Shown in pieces: positions 13,119-26,900 of a stretch of 64,000 nt of DNA; position 1 is the first letter of the stretch, and each line of letters begins with the position of its first letter. Origin of the DNA: Saccostrea echinata (Eukaryota); NCBI RefSeq assembly GCF_033153115.1, contig NW_026889751.1, positions 2,108,001 to 2,172,000 on the forward strand, read 5' to 3'. A model generated the notes under the pieces. That model was not told the DNA's origin and did not search any database. It saw only the letters and a list, made by a program, of their open reading frames with translations. The position numbers and the translations under genes were made by a program.

Positions 13119-14134
13119 CGAAATTGAATTTAATTCAGGAAAGAAATTAATATTTCACAAAAATTATTGAATTACATAAACACTTTAAATTCCATAAATC
13201 CAATTGTCATACTGGCACCAACGCTTCTTAAATCACATATTACTAGTATAGCTCGTCGACCTCTGAAGTTCAGGACAAAGATTAGGAAATCTTCCAAGAT
13301 AGGATAGTTTTGATGACCCCACTGATTGAAGATCTAAAATTCCAGATATATCTTGGTTTTAAGATAGCTTCTAAAGCTTGCCTGCTCTTTACTTTTGGTA
13401 GAATTTTAAGCAATCTTTGCAGGCAGGTAATACGGTGTCCATCATACACCAATGCCTACATAGTAAATGACGATGTAATTGAAATTATTTAATAATTTTA
13501 TGAATCAATGATCCAAAGTCTGAAAGTTTAAATAGTTTAAATACTTGTCTTATTTATCCATTTATTTTATTTATTTATTTATCTTTTTTAACTATAATTT
13601 CATTATAATGACAACATTTTTAAAAAAATAAAATGCAAACAACAAATGGCTTTTATAAAGAAAGTTTTGTTACATTGTTCAGACACAAGAGTGATTCAAC
13701 CCTAAATCAAGCCATATCACACAACACACTACAAAGAGAGCATTGAGATTTTTTTTTATTTTTTACAATGTACATCTGTAAACTTCTTAAACAACTAAGA
13801 ATTTATTCAAACAGAAGTAATACATTAGTTCGGAAATATATAATTCTTTTTCACATTACACGAACACACACAATATACATTGGATGAAAATTACCTCTGA
13901 CAATTAACGACACAACAAGTTAATTGATATCATACATCAGATTTCTTAATAATACTTGTTCACAGTATATATCATTTGTAGTCCTATAACCACTTTGTCT
14001 GTGGAAGACCAATCCTCATCAGGAATTATGAAGGCGATCCATCATTTCATATCCGGTCATTTTTCATTCGAATCAAGATCGGCCATGTACGCCCTCTGAC
14101 AAAGGTATTTTTTGCGTTTTTCTCAGATTTAGAC

Positions 14135-17100
14135 CTATGCTTGCTGACACGCGTTTTGAGTACAGCTTGCCTAAAAATAAAATTGTACACAAGTTTAATA
14201 AAATTATACATACTGCTATTATGGCTGACGTAGTTTTAAAATATGTCATTTTTACAGTATTTAAGATTCAAATACCAGCATATTCGACTTAAAATTGTTA
14301 CTCTATCTGAGGAAAACAAATCTTTTATCCATAAGTACTTACAATTCCATTATTTCTGATACAAACACATTCATTTCCACAATTGTCAATTGTTATCTTG
14401 GAGCCCAGAGGTATAAACTGATTGAATGCATCGCATCCTATGAGAAATTAAAAAGAAATTACAATATACAATTTATTTTTCTTACAGTATATGCCATGTT
14501 GTAAATTTTTAATCAACCAAGTGGCAGTGAATACAAAACATTGTCATGATGTAAATGTTATGAATTCCATCAATTTTTTTTGTATAACGGTAATAAAATA
14601 GGTATTATGGGAATTGATTATCAATGGTTTAAATCATACTTAACCGGAAGGTCTCAGGATGTGGGGATGTTCTTTCAAAGGGAGAGGGAATTACTTGTGG
14701 TGTACCCCAAGGGCGCAGGTTGGGTCCTTTATTGTTTTAATGTTATGTAAATGATATGTTAATTAGTATATGAAGACGCTTATCCTATATGCAAATGACA
14801 GTGCCATCTTGTACTCAAATAGAGACCCAAATGTGATCTAAGATAAAATTGGTAAGGTGTTACGGAGGTGTTCTGAGTAGCTCATACACAAGCTCTACCT
14901 TCATCTTGGAAAAACAGAGTCTGTTCTATTCGGCCATACCCGCAAGCTAAATAATGAAAGTCAGCTTGAGGTCAAATGTCACAATCAAAATTCTAGGAAG
15001 TATTTCAAAACAAAAGAGTAAGTTTCTTTAAAAATCTGAACCCTAAAACTACATGCAGTATTAATTGCGATATCTTAAATTCAACAAACACACTCTGTGT
15101 ATAGCTGATCGAGTTACCCATAGCCTGACACCAAATTACTAACAGGAGCTCTTTGACAGAAATGATAATACTAATAAGGATGCATCTAATTTTAAGTTAA
15201 TAGAGTCAGGGCTTTACAAACAACAGTTCAAATTTTATCGCCATGTTCTTTTACACTGGAATACTCTGCCTTTGGGAGTTAAAAATAAAGCTAACACAGC
15301 TACACAAAGTAGCTCAAGAAGCTCGAAGGAGGGAAGGAGGTATTTACCGGTATATAGATGTATAACATTTTATGATGTAATAATACAGATTTTTGTATTA
15401 ATTAAAAAAAAAAAATAAACAATGGCTATTACTTCAGGTTAGGAAAAATATCTGATAATCATTTTTATTTATTTATTTTTTTTTTTGGACCGCTTAGTCA
15501 TATGTAATTACATGTAATCAATCAACATGTTACAACCCAGAACCCATTGAAAATAAGCAAGTTTTAAATATTGCTTTAATGGGATATCATAGGCAAAGAT
15601 AGATTAAATTATTATGATTTGCATTATATGTTAAAAGGCCTGGCTCCGGGGCCATAAAACTAAGACAAGCTCACTTTTGATTTCAGTCTAACTCCTACGA
15701 AAGGAATTAATGGTGGAAAAGTGAGACTGAGATCAAAACTGGGCTCGTCTAAGTTTTATGGCCCCGGAGCCTGGAACCCGTTTTACAAAAGAACTTACGA
15801 CTAAGACCAAAAACTTAAGATGATTGTAAAATCTTGCACAATTAATGATTATATTACAAATTGCCTGCATAAATATATCTACTAAATTCTTTTTGAAAAG
15901 ATTTAAACCATTTTCATAAAAAAGAAAGTTATTTGTAAAATTATTGTTTGGTCTAAGTCGTAAGTTTAGTTGTAAAACAGGGCCCTGGTTTCTGTGATAT
16001 GCATCCGTTTAAATAATAATGATAGTTATAGACTGTGATTTTATCTGGTGTGCCAAAAATACATGTACAATCCCACTATTAATATTGTTGATTTAATTTA
16101 ATGTTTAGCAAGTTATTTCATGCTCTGCCTGAATAAAGATAATAACAATAGTCACCCGGTAAATTCAGAATTTACAACGTGATACATAAACATGAAGCTC
16201 GCTTTAAAATACTAGTAGATGAATAGTAGATGAATAATATGCCTTATACACATTGTGAGAAGTTAATACTGGTTAGGTTCGGTACCTGGTTGACACTGGC
16301 ACGTGATTGAATCTGCCCAATCAGGACAGAGGAAATTTCTGTTGTATGTACACTGGTTCCCAGTCCGACAGTCATCACTACAAGACAGAAAAATATAATT
16401 GAAATTCAATGCAGTATTTGTTTTGTACGCTTGTCATATATACATTCACATTTATAGTCACTATCATAGTATTTACCTGGTCTTGCAAGGCTGAGTTTCA
16501 TTTGCTACAATTACTGGAGGAAGTGTCGTTCCTTGGACCATAAAATTCAAAGTTCCATTCCTGTTACTTTGAGGTTCCGATGATAAGACAACATTTCCCC
16601 TTGAAGTTTCAATAATTGTATTACCATTTGGATCGACACGTCTTGAAACAGCACCATTTCTGATCAGAGAACCAGCTGAGGGTGACCTTACTCCGACATT
16701 GTTAGTAGTTGCTACTCTTGTTTGGAATCCAGAACCTCTAGATGCCGCTTCGCCAAATGTTTCGAAAACCGAGCTCTGGGGGTCCTGTGGTGTTCCAGAT
16801 GAGGTTCCTACATCCATACTTACAAAGCCACCCACTCTAGTATTCTGTCGTGAATTCCTTGAAAGTCCATTATTTTCAAATCTAGACCCCTGCACACTCT
16901 GAATTGAACTTCCAGAGTTTGATGGCATAAATCGTGTTTGTATTGAACTAGAATCCGAGGCAGCGTCAGTATTGGAAGGAAAACTACTACTAGAAAGATT
17001 GTTTTGAGCTGGCGCAGTTCTGACCACTCCTCCTCTAGTTTGAGGAAAAGAGGCAGGATCAAATCCAGTTATCGACGGCTGGCTGTTAAAGGCTCCATTA

Positions 17101-20100
17101 TTTTCAGGAGGAAAACTTGAGGAAAATCGTCTTTCTATTGATCCTGGATTAACTATAGCGTTAGAGTTGGGGTTGAAAATGCTACCAGATGGTATGTTTT
17201 GGTTTTGTAAAGGTCTGGAAGCATTTTCAGATTGTGACATAGGAACAGGAACAGATCTTGTCATTGTAATCCGGTTATTAAAGTTATCAGTAGAGCTCAC
17301 ACCTCTTTCAAATATGTTTGAATTACCAGTATTCCCAGTAAAAACATTTGAGGAAAATCGCCTTTCTGTTGAATTAGGATCCACAACAGTATTACTATTA
17401 AAGGACAAACTGCCTGCAGAGGGCATGTTTTGACTTTGGATACCTCTAAACACAGCTCCCCCAGTTTGTGTGTTAGATGCAGGATCAAATCCTGTCCTTA
17501 TGAACTGGTTGTTAACATTAGAGGTACCTGTAGGTCTTACAAATGGGTTGGATGTTCCCAAATTTCTGGAAAGAACACTTGAAAACATTCTGGGGTTTTG
17601 AACATCCATGGTTTGTGGTCCTCTTGTGGAATCTGCAGAGTTTGAAAAGGAAACAAATCTATTTCTATTTATTGCAGCTTCGCCCCCAAGCAGAGGATTT
17701 ACATTTGCATTTAAATTGGTGCTCATTCCATTTATTCCGTTGTTTAGATTGGCAAAAACACCAGAGTTAGAAGTATCTGGTACTCGGGTATTGTTAATTT
17801 GTGACAAATTATTTGTGTCGGCTTCATTAGAATTGGAGATAACTCTCCTGACGGTTGTGGTCTTTTTTATGAATCTTCTAGTGCTTGAACTGCCAGATGT
17901 GAGTGCGCTGTTTTCTGTTCTAGATCTTTCCATATTTGCCTGGGTCTCTGATGACATGCCGTCACGGATTATATTCGGATCTGTCATACCTGTTTTTATT
18001 GGATCCGAAACATCAGCATTTCTACCTGTTGCTGCTTCGTTGGTGGTTTGGAATCCTTGTGAAATAGTAGGTTGCCGCGAAAATCCTGTGACTTGTGCCG
18101 TTGTTCTTTCACGAATTCTGTTTGGGTCCCTTGTATCGGTTGTGCCTTGTTCCAGAACGTTTACATTTCCATTTAGCTCTCTGTTGACGCCCTGGAATCT
18201 TTGAATTCCAGGGGTTTGCTGCGAGCTCATCACAGAATTATCGCTTCTAGTAGAATCAAAAGAGACCGTTGGTGAATTGTTATCAATACCAACCTCTGGC
18301 TGGTTGTTTGGAAAATTGAAATTGACATTTACTCCAGGTTGATTACTTGCTGTTGCGAAGTTTGAATTGAAATTAGCTCCTGGTTGGTTATTGGTGCCCA
18401 TTGTTGCAGAGGCTTCTTGGAAAGTTGTTTCATCCTCATTATTGTTACCGTCAACAAACATAATTTTGCTTCCTCTTTGAGAATTGTCTACAGGGTTCTG
18501 AATTCTGTTGTTTGGTTGTCTTCTGGAAATGTTTGTTACAGGGTCTGTTCTAACATCAAATCTTTCGCTTATCGAATTAATTGGAGTTGCTGTTGATCTT
18601 ACTGTAGATAGAGTATTTTCAAAATCTGAACGTTGGAGATTAACAGACTGGGGCTGCACGTCTACGGAAGTTCGGATGAATTTATTCATATCTACCTTAG
18701 ATCCTACTATATTGCTATTTCCATTTATTACTATATTGGACTTGTTTTTAACCTCTGAAACCGAGGTTGATGGACGACTTATTTGCCTGTTGTCTATGCT
18801 GTTTCCATTTTGTGAAATTGCAGTGGCAGCCTGATTTCTGTTTGGATCTGTTACCACTGACGGTATGAATCGTTGACTTAAAGGATCGATACCCCTGTTT
18901 GTACTAGATTGAATTTCTGTAATGGTTGTACGAGAACTTGTGTTTGGGTCGTTGGTACTTCGACTGAATATTGAATTAGAAGGGATTGTCATTCTTTCAT
19001 TTGATGTCCGAGATACTGTACTTATGTCACTTGGTCCGGGAAATCTATATAGAATATCATTTGGATCGATCTGGCCTTCATTAGCTCTTATGAAGTTTCT
19101 AAAGTCCATATTTAGTTCATCTGAGGGTGATGTGACCTGTGAAGTTTTTCTGGTGTCATCAATTCGATTAATAGTTGTTGCTGTATTAACTCTTACTATC
19201 CTCGTTTCATCGTTTCTCCCAGAAGGATCAGTAAATATTTGTCTGCTATTGCTTACAGACACCCCAGTCCTAGAACCAACAGAAGGAGTCTGAATGTTAA
19301 CAGTTGGTGACCCTCCATTGCCAATAGCATTGTCTTGTGCCGTATTAGAGAACTGGGTTGGTGTAAACATTTGCTGAAGTTCACTCAGAGAAGGAATCCT
19401 TTCTCCAGTGTTTTCGACAGACACTGCCTGACGTTGTATAAGGTTACTTGGAGATGCATCATTGGAAACACCACTGGAAAGCACTATTCGATTTGGTGAA
19501 TTGTCTGTAGCCGTACCAGTGATCCTACTGGAGCTCGGGTCGGCGTTCGAATTTCCAAAGACTGTATTTAGAATTGCACTGGCATCAAAAGTTTGTGGAT
19601 TTGCACTTGTTACAGAATCAAACGAATTAAGTTGTCCATTTACAGTCATTTGTGATGATGCGCCATCATTGGAGTTGCTATTACTAAAGCGTGAAACGAA
19701 TGAAGACTCGGCAGCAGATGCTGGATTTACTCCTTCCGGTACTCCTGCATCGGAGGTTATTAAACCTGTTGCTAGGCCATTTGCTATCGAGGTTGCGGTG
19801 CCTCCTAGTAATGTATCCTGACCAGTCAATGTCGTAATTAAATTTTGACCCTCTAAAGTGTTGGCGGACTCACCCAAAGTAATTAATCCTCCATCGAAAC
19901 CTGATTGACCCACGATGCTTGCCGTATCAGTCGTTGCGGGTAATGTTTGAACGGTATTTGAGAATCCGCTTAAATCAAAAGTGGTAGGCACCGTTTCACC
20001 ACTCAGGGTAATGCTTCCAGTTCCCCCGTCAGCTAAAGTTGTTACAGGGGGAGAAATGATAGGGAGGGGTGGCGGTCCTGGAATGCCGGGAAACCCGAGA

Positions 20101-20276
20101 GGGGCAGGTAAAAGAGTACGCACACCTGGAGGAGGTGGTCCGAATCCTGGAAACAAAGGTGGAGGTCTACCAAAACCACGGAATCCAAACGGAGTAAATC
20201 CTTGTTCAACGGAGGATTTAATGAACAAGAGTGAAAGTACGAAAAGGAGATTCCAACCAGTTTTTAGACATTCCAT
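14135..20276 (-). CDS. Cluster gene A: secreted ~1340 aa Asn/Ser/Thr/Arg/Phe-rich low-complexity protein with C-terminal 12-Cys module
   Basis: Exons 20276-16477, 16377-16286, 14437-14343, 14170-14135 (phases 2,1,0; all GT-AG). Signal-like N-terminus MECLKTGWNLLFVLSLLFIKSS. C-terminus: CKTSDDCRTGNQCTYNRNFLCPDWADSITCQCQPGCDAFNQFIPLGSKITIDNCGNECVCIRNNGIASCTQNACQQA*. Confidence 0.92.
14600..15290 (+). mobile_element. Decayed non-LTR retrotransposon (LINE, CR1/L2-like) reverse transcriptase fragment in intron 2 of gene A
   Basis: Conceptual translation with stops and frameshifts: MGIDYQWFKSYLTGRSQ...ITCGVPQGRRLGPLLF*CYVNDM...LYANDSAILYS...LHLGKTESVLFG...HWNTLP, matching the RT motifs GVPQGSxLGPLLF, YADD and the downstream WNxLP. 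Confidence 0.85.
15643..15770. mobile_element. MITE 1 (CTG TSD) in intron 2 of gene A
   Basis: TIR GCTCCGGGGCCATAAAACT / AGTTTTATGGCCCCGGAGC, flanked by CTG on both sides. Confidence 0.8.
15774..15984. mobile_element. MITE 2 (CTG TSD) abutting MITE 1
   Basis: TIR GAACCCGTTTTACAA..AACTTACGACTAAGACCAAA / TTTGGTCTAAGTCGTAAGTT..TTGTAAAACAGGGCC, flanked by CTG. Confidence 0.78.
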
Positions 20277-22107
20277 GGTGTCCAGGACAAAATGATTGTG
20301 AAAGAGTTCTGGAATGTGTAGATATGTTGCCTATGGATGTTTTATGGCGCTGTATTTATCGATGAATGTGTTAAAGGATATGATGATCTACTAAACAACC
20401 AGGGTCAGTGACGACACAATATGCGATTTTATGGACAGTTTTATTGCAAAACGTGTATTGAACACAGAAGTTTTTAATGTAATGTATGTGTTATTAGTAT
20501 AATATAACGTTTCTTTCATCTGCACAGGTGATCAGCGACAGATCAATACACAATCTTATTGTAAAGGATGAAAAAAGAAAACGTTATCATTATTATGTAA
20601 TATCCTTCCTCGTTATACTGAATACGCCCCATATGAACTCTTTCTTGTTGTCACTGATGGGCATTGTACGTTTTCTTACCATGATTCTCCGGGGTTTTTT
20701 TATTATAAAATTTAAGCTTATGTTACCGTTGTTTATTCTTTTTTTTTTATTTTTTTTTTTTATTTATTTATTTTTTTTTTTTACAAGTTTGTTTGTTTAT
20801 TTGATTTTTTTTACATGTAAAAGGGGGGCGGGGATTAGAGTAAGGAAAATCGGTGTAAAACTTTGAAGAAGAGATTTGTCTGCGTATTTTTTAAATAACG
20901 CATAAATATATAGACAGAATAGTCGATTGCACTGACACCTAGGTCAAGGAGAAGTCAGTGCTTTTTGTTTTGATGGACAGCCCAGTCCGATAATGTATAC
21001 TACATTACCATTAATATGCCCATCGTTGTCACAAAATATCATTTTATATAACATAGTGTATACTATGTTCACTTTACAACAGATGATCTGATATTTAAGG
21101 TACATTGCAGTTTTGCATATTTCTCCATTTTACTGGTTTTAATAATAAGTTTAATTATTTAATTTTTGCATAAAAAGTGGAGATATATAGTTTTCTTATA
21201 GCATTAAATGCCCCAGAATTTACGTGTCAATCCTACAAAATATATTAAGTAAAGTGTAGTAAAAAGTAGTAAACTATACAGTAAAATTAAGGTTTCAAAG
21301 CTTTCTTTCATATTAAATCAGAATATCAAAGTTTTTACTATTTAAATCAAAGTATCAAAATTTTAACTAAAAAAAAAAAATTGAAGATTCATAGTTTTTG
21401 CCACAGTCAAAGCATTTTTTCTACGAAATTCAAATTGTTTTATTTCAATTATTATTTTTAATTGCGATTTATTAACACTAACAGGTAATACAGATTGTAT
21501 ATATTACATAGTAATTCATAAGTCAAATTCCTACCTTACGTTAAAGTATCATAATTTGAAGGTAAATCAAACTATTTAAGTAGTACTGGAGCAAAGGATA
21601 GTTAACTATAGTCAATTTTTGTTAAATGAAATACTATGCATTTCTTTAAAGATTAAAGTGCTAGCCCGACGGCAATGAATCTGTACTGACGTGTTAAAGC
21701 TCCATATTTCAAAGTTTTAGATTTTAAAATCCTTTTATATTTTACATCACTTGAGTGACGCTACTTCAAGTCAGAAATATTAAATTTAAACAACTATATA
21801 ATAATTCAAACGATGTAAGTTTAATTAAGTAATTAATTTAAGTAGAAAGAAAAGTATAATATTAGTTAAAAATTTCTTTGTCTCATGAAAATTTCTTATT
21901 TAGGAATATTTTAATGTCATTTCCAAAATAAAAGAATAATATACATTTGGAAAAAGGAATGAAAGACACAGACATACAAAAAAATTGTATATTTATTATA
22001 AAAACATGAGTACAAAAAAATCACAGAACAAAATAGGGCGACGTGAATAGCCCTTGTAACGTTGTAATAATTTAGTAAAGGACATCTTGTATGACGACAG
22101 GTTTTCT

Positions 22108-23977
22108 TTATTTCTTTCCAGAAAGATCCGGACATGCTCGCATCGTACAGGCAGCCTGAAAAAGGGAAAAAAAAGTCATGTACAGATCGGACATAAATCG
22201 CCGTCATCTGTCGGGGCCATGAGACACTACCACTCATAATCTTATAGTTCCCAGGTCCAGAGCACTAAACAGTAATTCCTTTATGAGTTAATTGTTAAGT
22301 TATAGCCAAATATCTAGATCCTGGACCTAGTTTGTGGCTGGTAACAACAAGAATAAACCAGGAACCAGGTTTGTATTGGCATCTTTCCCTAGATTCGCTG
22401 TGTCATTGCGCAACAAATCATGAATGATACCATCTGAGGCTTTCATCTTTAATAAAGACTCACATGTACTGTATACTGTTTAACCTGTACCGACCAACTA
22501 ACGAACTTCGGAGAAAAGAGACGAAAGATTCGTAACAGAAATAAATTACATGTATCTAATAACCTACCTCCCCTGACTGACTGTTGTTACATGTACAAAC
22601 ATTCCCACACTGGTCAATCTGCCGAGACTGTCCGAATGGAATAAAAGTGTTCTGTGCCCGGCAACCTATTTGTAAAAGAGTTAATTTTACAATTTTTTTA
22701 CACTGAAAATAGAAAATATAAAACATTGCAAAGGAAGACAACATGTATTTAGCAAATAAAATATTATTTTTATCAAACATATAGGATATAATCTTACCTG
22801 CAACACACTGACATCTTAACATAGGAATCCATTTTGGACACATGTACTGGGCCTGCGTGGCAATAGTTGGAGTAAAGGCACATTGTTGACCAGCTGGACA
22901 ATCCCTGATAAAACGTTTTTTATGATTAATACTAGTATTTGTAAATGGAATATTAACATGGTATATAAATGTATTAAACCTAAATATGACTTAGAATGTA
23001 ACATTTACTTACGTTTGGTGACATTGTGCCTGATTTCCTTGGCCCCCAGGGACCAGAGAGGGTTGTAATTGACCAGGGAATCCCCCGGGTTGTCCCGGAA
23101 ATCCTTGTTGATTTGGTAATCCTGGTTGTCCTCCTGGAAATCCGTTTAGTGGAGGTTGTCCGGCATTAAATCCCTGTTGTCCAGCATTGAAAGCCGGGGG
23201 TTGTCCGAAACCTGGGGGACCACCATTGAATCCACCCTGTACACCATTAAATCCTGGTCGTGGAAATCCCTGTTGTCCATTGAATCCTGTTGGCATATTA
23301 GGTTGACCGTTAAAATTTGGAGGCCCATTAAATCCAGCCTGTCCATTGAATCCAGGCTGTCCGTTGAATCCTGGTAGATTATTAAAGCCTGCTTGTCCAT
23401 TAAATCCCATCCCTGGTTGTCCATTAGGTCCTGGTTGACCATTGAAGGCAGGTTGTCCATTAAAGCCGCCCTGTCCCATAAAACCTGCTTGTCCAGGAAC
23501 GCGTCCTTGTGGTCCAAACTGCGGCGGGAATCCCTGATTCATGGGACCAGGGATACCCTGAGTAGGTGGAAACCCATTAACTCCAAGTTGCATTCCACTG
23601 GGGAACCCTGGTTGACCTTGAGTTAAGCCGGTAGTTTGGGATGGGATACCAGTGTTTTGTAAAGAAGTTGTGCCGCCAATTGTAGGAAAACCTCCTTGAA
23701 TCGTTCCGGTTCCGGTAGCTGGATTTGTTTGGACAGTTCCGGTCTGTGTTCCCACTGTATTTGTTGTAGAGGCGGTTAATCCTGTATTCACAGGTTGTAA
23801 TCCAGGATTCAGAGTCGAATCAGTACCTTGAGCATTGCTGCTTCCGAAATTCTGTGTGGGAAACGAAAATAAGTCCAAACCAGTGCCTGTGTTCGGGGTA
23901 AGATTAAGCGTGTTCCCTTGGCCGAACACTACACCAACAAAACAACACAAAATCCACCCAATTCGTAACTTCATCAT
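22108..23977 (-). CDS. Cluster gene B: secreted ~405 aa Gly/Gln/Pro/Phe/Asn (GFNGQP-repeat) protein with C-terminal 12-Cys module
   Basis: Exons 23977-23013, 22904-22798, 22665-22568, 22155-22108 (phases 2,1,0). Signal MMKLRIGWILCCFVGVVFG. C-terminus: CHQTDCPAGQQCAFTPTIATQAQYMCPKWIPMLRCQCVAGCRAQNTFIPFGQSRQIDQCGNVCTCNNSQSGEAACTMRACPDLSGKK*. AATAAA on the minus strand near 21995. Confidence 0.93.
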
Positions 23978-26900
23978 TTTATCAAATAAACTTCTAATTC
24001 ATTAAATTGAATTTATACGTGCGACAGAAAACATTGACAACCAATCAAATAGCAATATCGTAGTGAGTCGTCACAGTGTTATTTAATCTACAGGGTGATC
24101 AATCGACTGACGACATCATTATGTCCGAGTTACACCAAAGACCGTACAGAAGTTCTATAATCTACCAAACATTTACATTAATGGCAAGGAAGTCCATGCC
24201 ATCTTACACTCTCTTGTACAATGTTACGCGTTAATTCAATATGTTAAAAAAAAGTTGTGAAAGAGTGTTATACCGGTATTTGAAAAAAAAAAATAATCAA
24301 AGAAAATTTTGTGGTTTTTTTTTTTATATAACATTTGCAAAAATATTCAAAAAGAGAAGGGTAACGCTCCAGCTCAATCAATTTGAAAAGTAAATTCACT
24401 CTTCAGTGCGGAAATGTAATGACTTTTAGCTATATACTATACTACTAATACTACTATACTACTAATACTAATAAATATAAACAAGATATCTGATAATGAA
24501 ATAAATTTAATAAAGTTGGAAGCGGTTTGTTTTACATAGCACATTTTTGAAATTTTGTAAAAAGGAAAAAATCTTTTTTTGGCCAGCAATTTTCGAATAT
24601 ATCTTTTGGCATCTAAATGAAAACATGGACAAAAGTTTACAAAGAGGAGATAAATAAACTTAATTAAAATTCAGCTTCAGATTTATTCCTAGGAATATTT
24701 TAATGAGAAATAATGTCACTTCGATATTTTATACTGAAACATTTGGGATACTACCGTAAGTGCTCAATATGACAGATCTGTGGGGACACGTTTTAATGCA
24801 CTTATTTTTTCCCGTTCTGCTAGCCATCTTCACTGGAAAGTCATCATAATGATTAATCTGTTGACCGTAATGTTACACGATTTCTCACCTGAACACACCC
24901 TCAGGCCGAACTGCCTCTAGACTAATTGTATATCTATAAAAACAAACAGGGTCATACAAATAGATTAACAATTGTTTTTCAAAAAATACTACATATATGT
25001 CGATACATGCACAATAACATATCTTTCATCATATATATGCTTCTTTATATAGAACGTATTTATATTGTTATTACACGGAATATAGGTATCAAAGTAGAAC
25101 TTTATGAAAGGGTTTTATCTTTTTTCCAGGTGATTATACTGAGATTTATTTTTAGAAAGGGAATGTTTTTCTCTTTCTCTTTTTTCATATACACACTTAT
25201 TACTTCTACAAATTAAATATTGTTAATAACCGGACTCATCGCATATTAATTAGTAATTAAATGACGTGTGGAATGTAGGTAAAAGGTATGCCACTTCATA
25301 AACGTGTAGAAAGAGCATGCTTCACTTACGGTCTTTTTGGTGCTGTGAATTTCTGAAAAATTAAAACTGCTCATTTTAGATGACAATTCATTTAAAAATG
25401 TCAATTGCACCCTTAATGACTGCATATGTATTTAAAATGACGTAATTTTCTTGCTAGTCAATGCATTATTTCGTCAATTATTCCCATATCCTGAAAATTT
25501 CTTCAAAAAGGGCAAAACGTTCAATATTTTCATGTATATACAACCTCTGATCTAAAATGTGTTATTTTATAGTAATGGAACTGTTTCTGAAAACTATAAA
25601 ACTATTTTTTGGATCGAGGGGTGTTCTCATATTCTAATTCTCTGTTGAAGATATTCAAATACATCTGTTTTCATCAATATTCAAGAACATTACAATTTCA
25701 CAAAGTCTCGGACTCTGGGGAAACTGTTACACAGCACTATGTCTCTATATTTATGTTGAAATGTGACATCAGTGCAGTTAATTAATTGGTATATGGACAG
25801 GGCCATTGTATTAGAGAAGTGAACCTAGCTCATGATGCTAGGTAAAATATATTTATAAACACGACATGTATTTGATTGATGTATTTTGAAATCCAAGTAA
25901 AACCGGGAAACTTTTCGTCAAAAATAATGCGTATCCCCTATCCCACTTTGGTTTTTCACTTCAAATCATTATACATGTATGTGTGCAGGAATTGAAGTCT
26001 CCCTCAGAACTAGGTTAAACTGATATTGGTCTCTCATAGAAGGAATTTCTAGTATACCACGGAGACTTTCTGTGGTTGCCACAGTTAGAAGTGGATGATC
26101 ATTTATGACCCAGTATATTGCGTGGGTGACATGCAGAACTCATTTTTATTCTTGAGTTCGCGTGTTATCCATAAAGATGTAATAATGGCTAAGCCCACAT
26201 TATTAATTCAACCATAGGCCAAACTATTTTTATGGAATGTGTGGTGGCAGTAGTAAGATATGACTGTAGTGGGTAGGGAAAACTGCATATGAAATAAATC
26301 AAATGGTTTTTACAGACATAAAATATGAAACAAAATGATGATGATGATAACACAATATCATGATAAAGTATAAAATATCTTTGCTTAAATATGGACAGAT
26401 TTTGCATGCGAACATATAATATTATTAAATGTATAACTTTTCCATAGCACTCCTTACAGAATACTTGGGTATTTAATAATTTCAAAAAATATTAATTCTA
26501 GATAACAGACATTAGTAAATAAAAATTTTTAATATTGATTTAATTTTTATTGTTTGATTTGAGTTTTATCAATTCATTATATTTCGAAGTTGTAACATTT
26601 CGCTTTGTCATTTTATATTTGTGTAATAAATACTTAAAAGGAATATCTTATGATTTCCTAAGCCTTTCAAGCAATTTATTGCAACATTTTGCTCATGCAA
26701 ATGACTGTGATCATTAACACGTTTCCTGAATATAATATTGTTTAAATTAACACGTTTCCTGACAATGTTGATATTTTTGGACAGGTACAGACACCAATCT
26801 CTAATTTTACCAAATATGTTCTATTTACCGGGATCACGCTTAGATGTGCTTTATGGGGATTTCATATCTTCATATCAAGATCTGCTCACACAAAATAAAT

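Noticed and set aside
14075-14170. Direct splice of gene A exon 2 to this exon in phase 1 (GKLYSKRV...)
   Set aside because: It would skip the homologous 95-nt exon at 14437-14343; the phase-0 reading ASCTQNAC matches all paralogs.
16699-20295. Many antisense ORFs over the large exons of A, B, C, D and the CH gene
   Set aside because: Shadow ORFs of low-complexity coding sequence with no independent signals.
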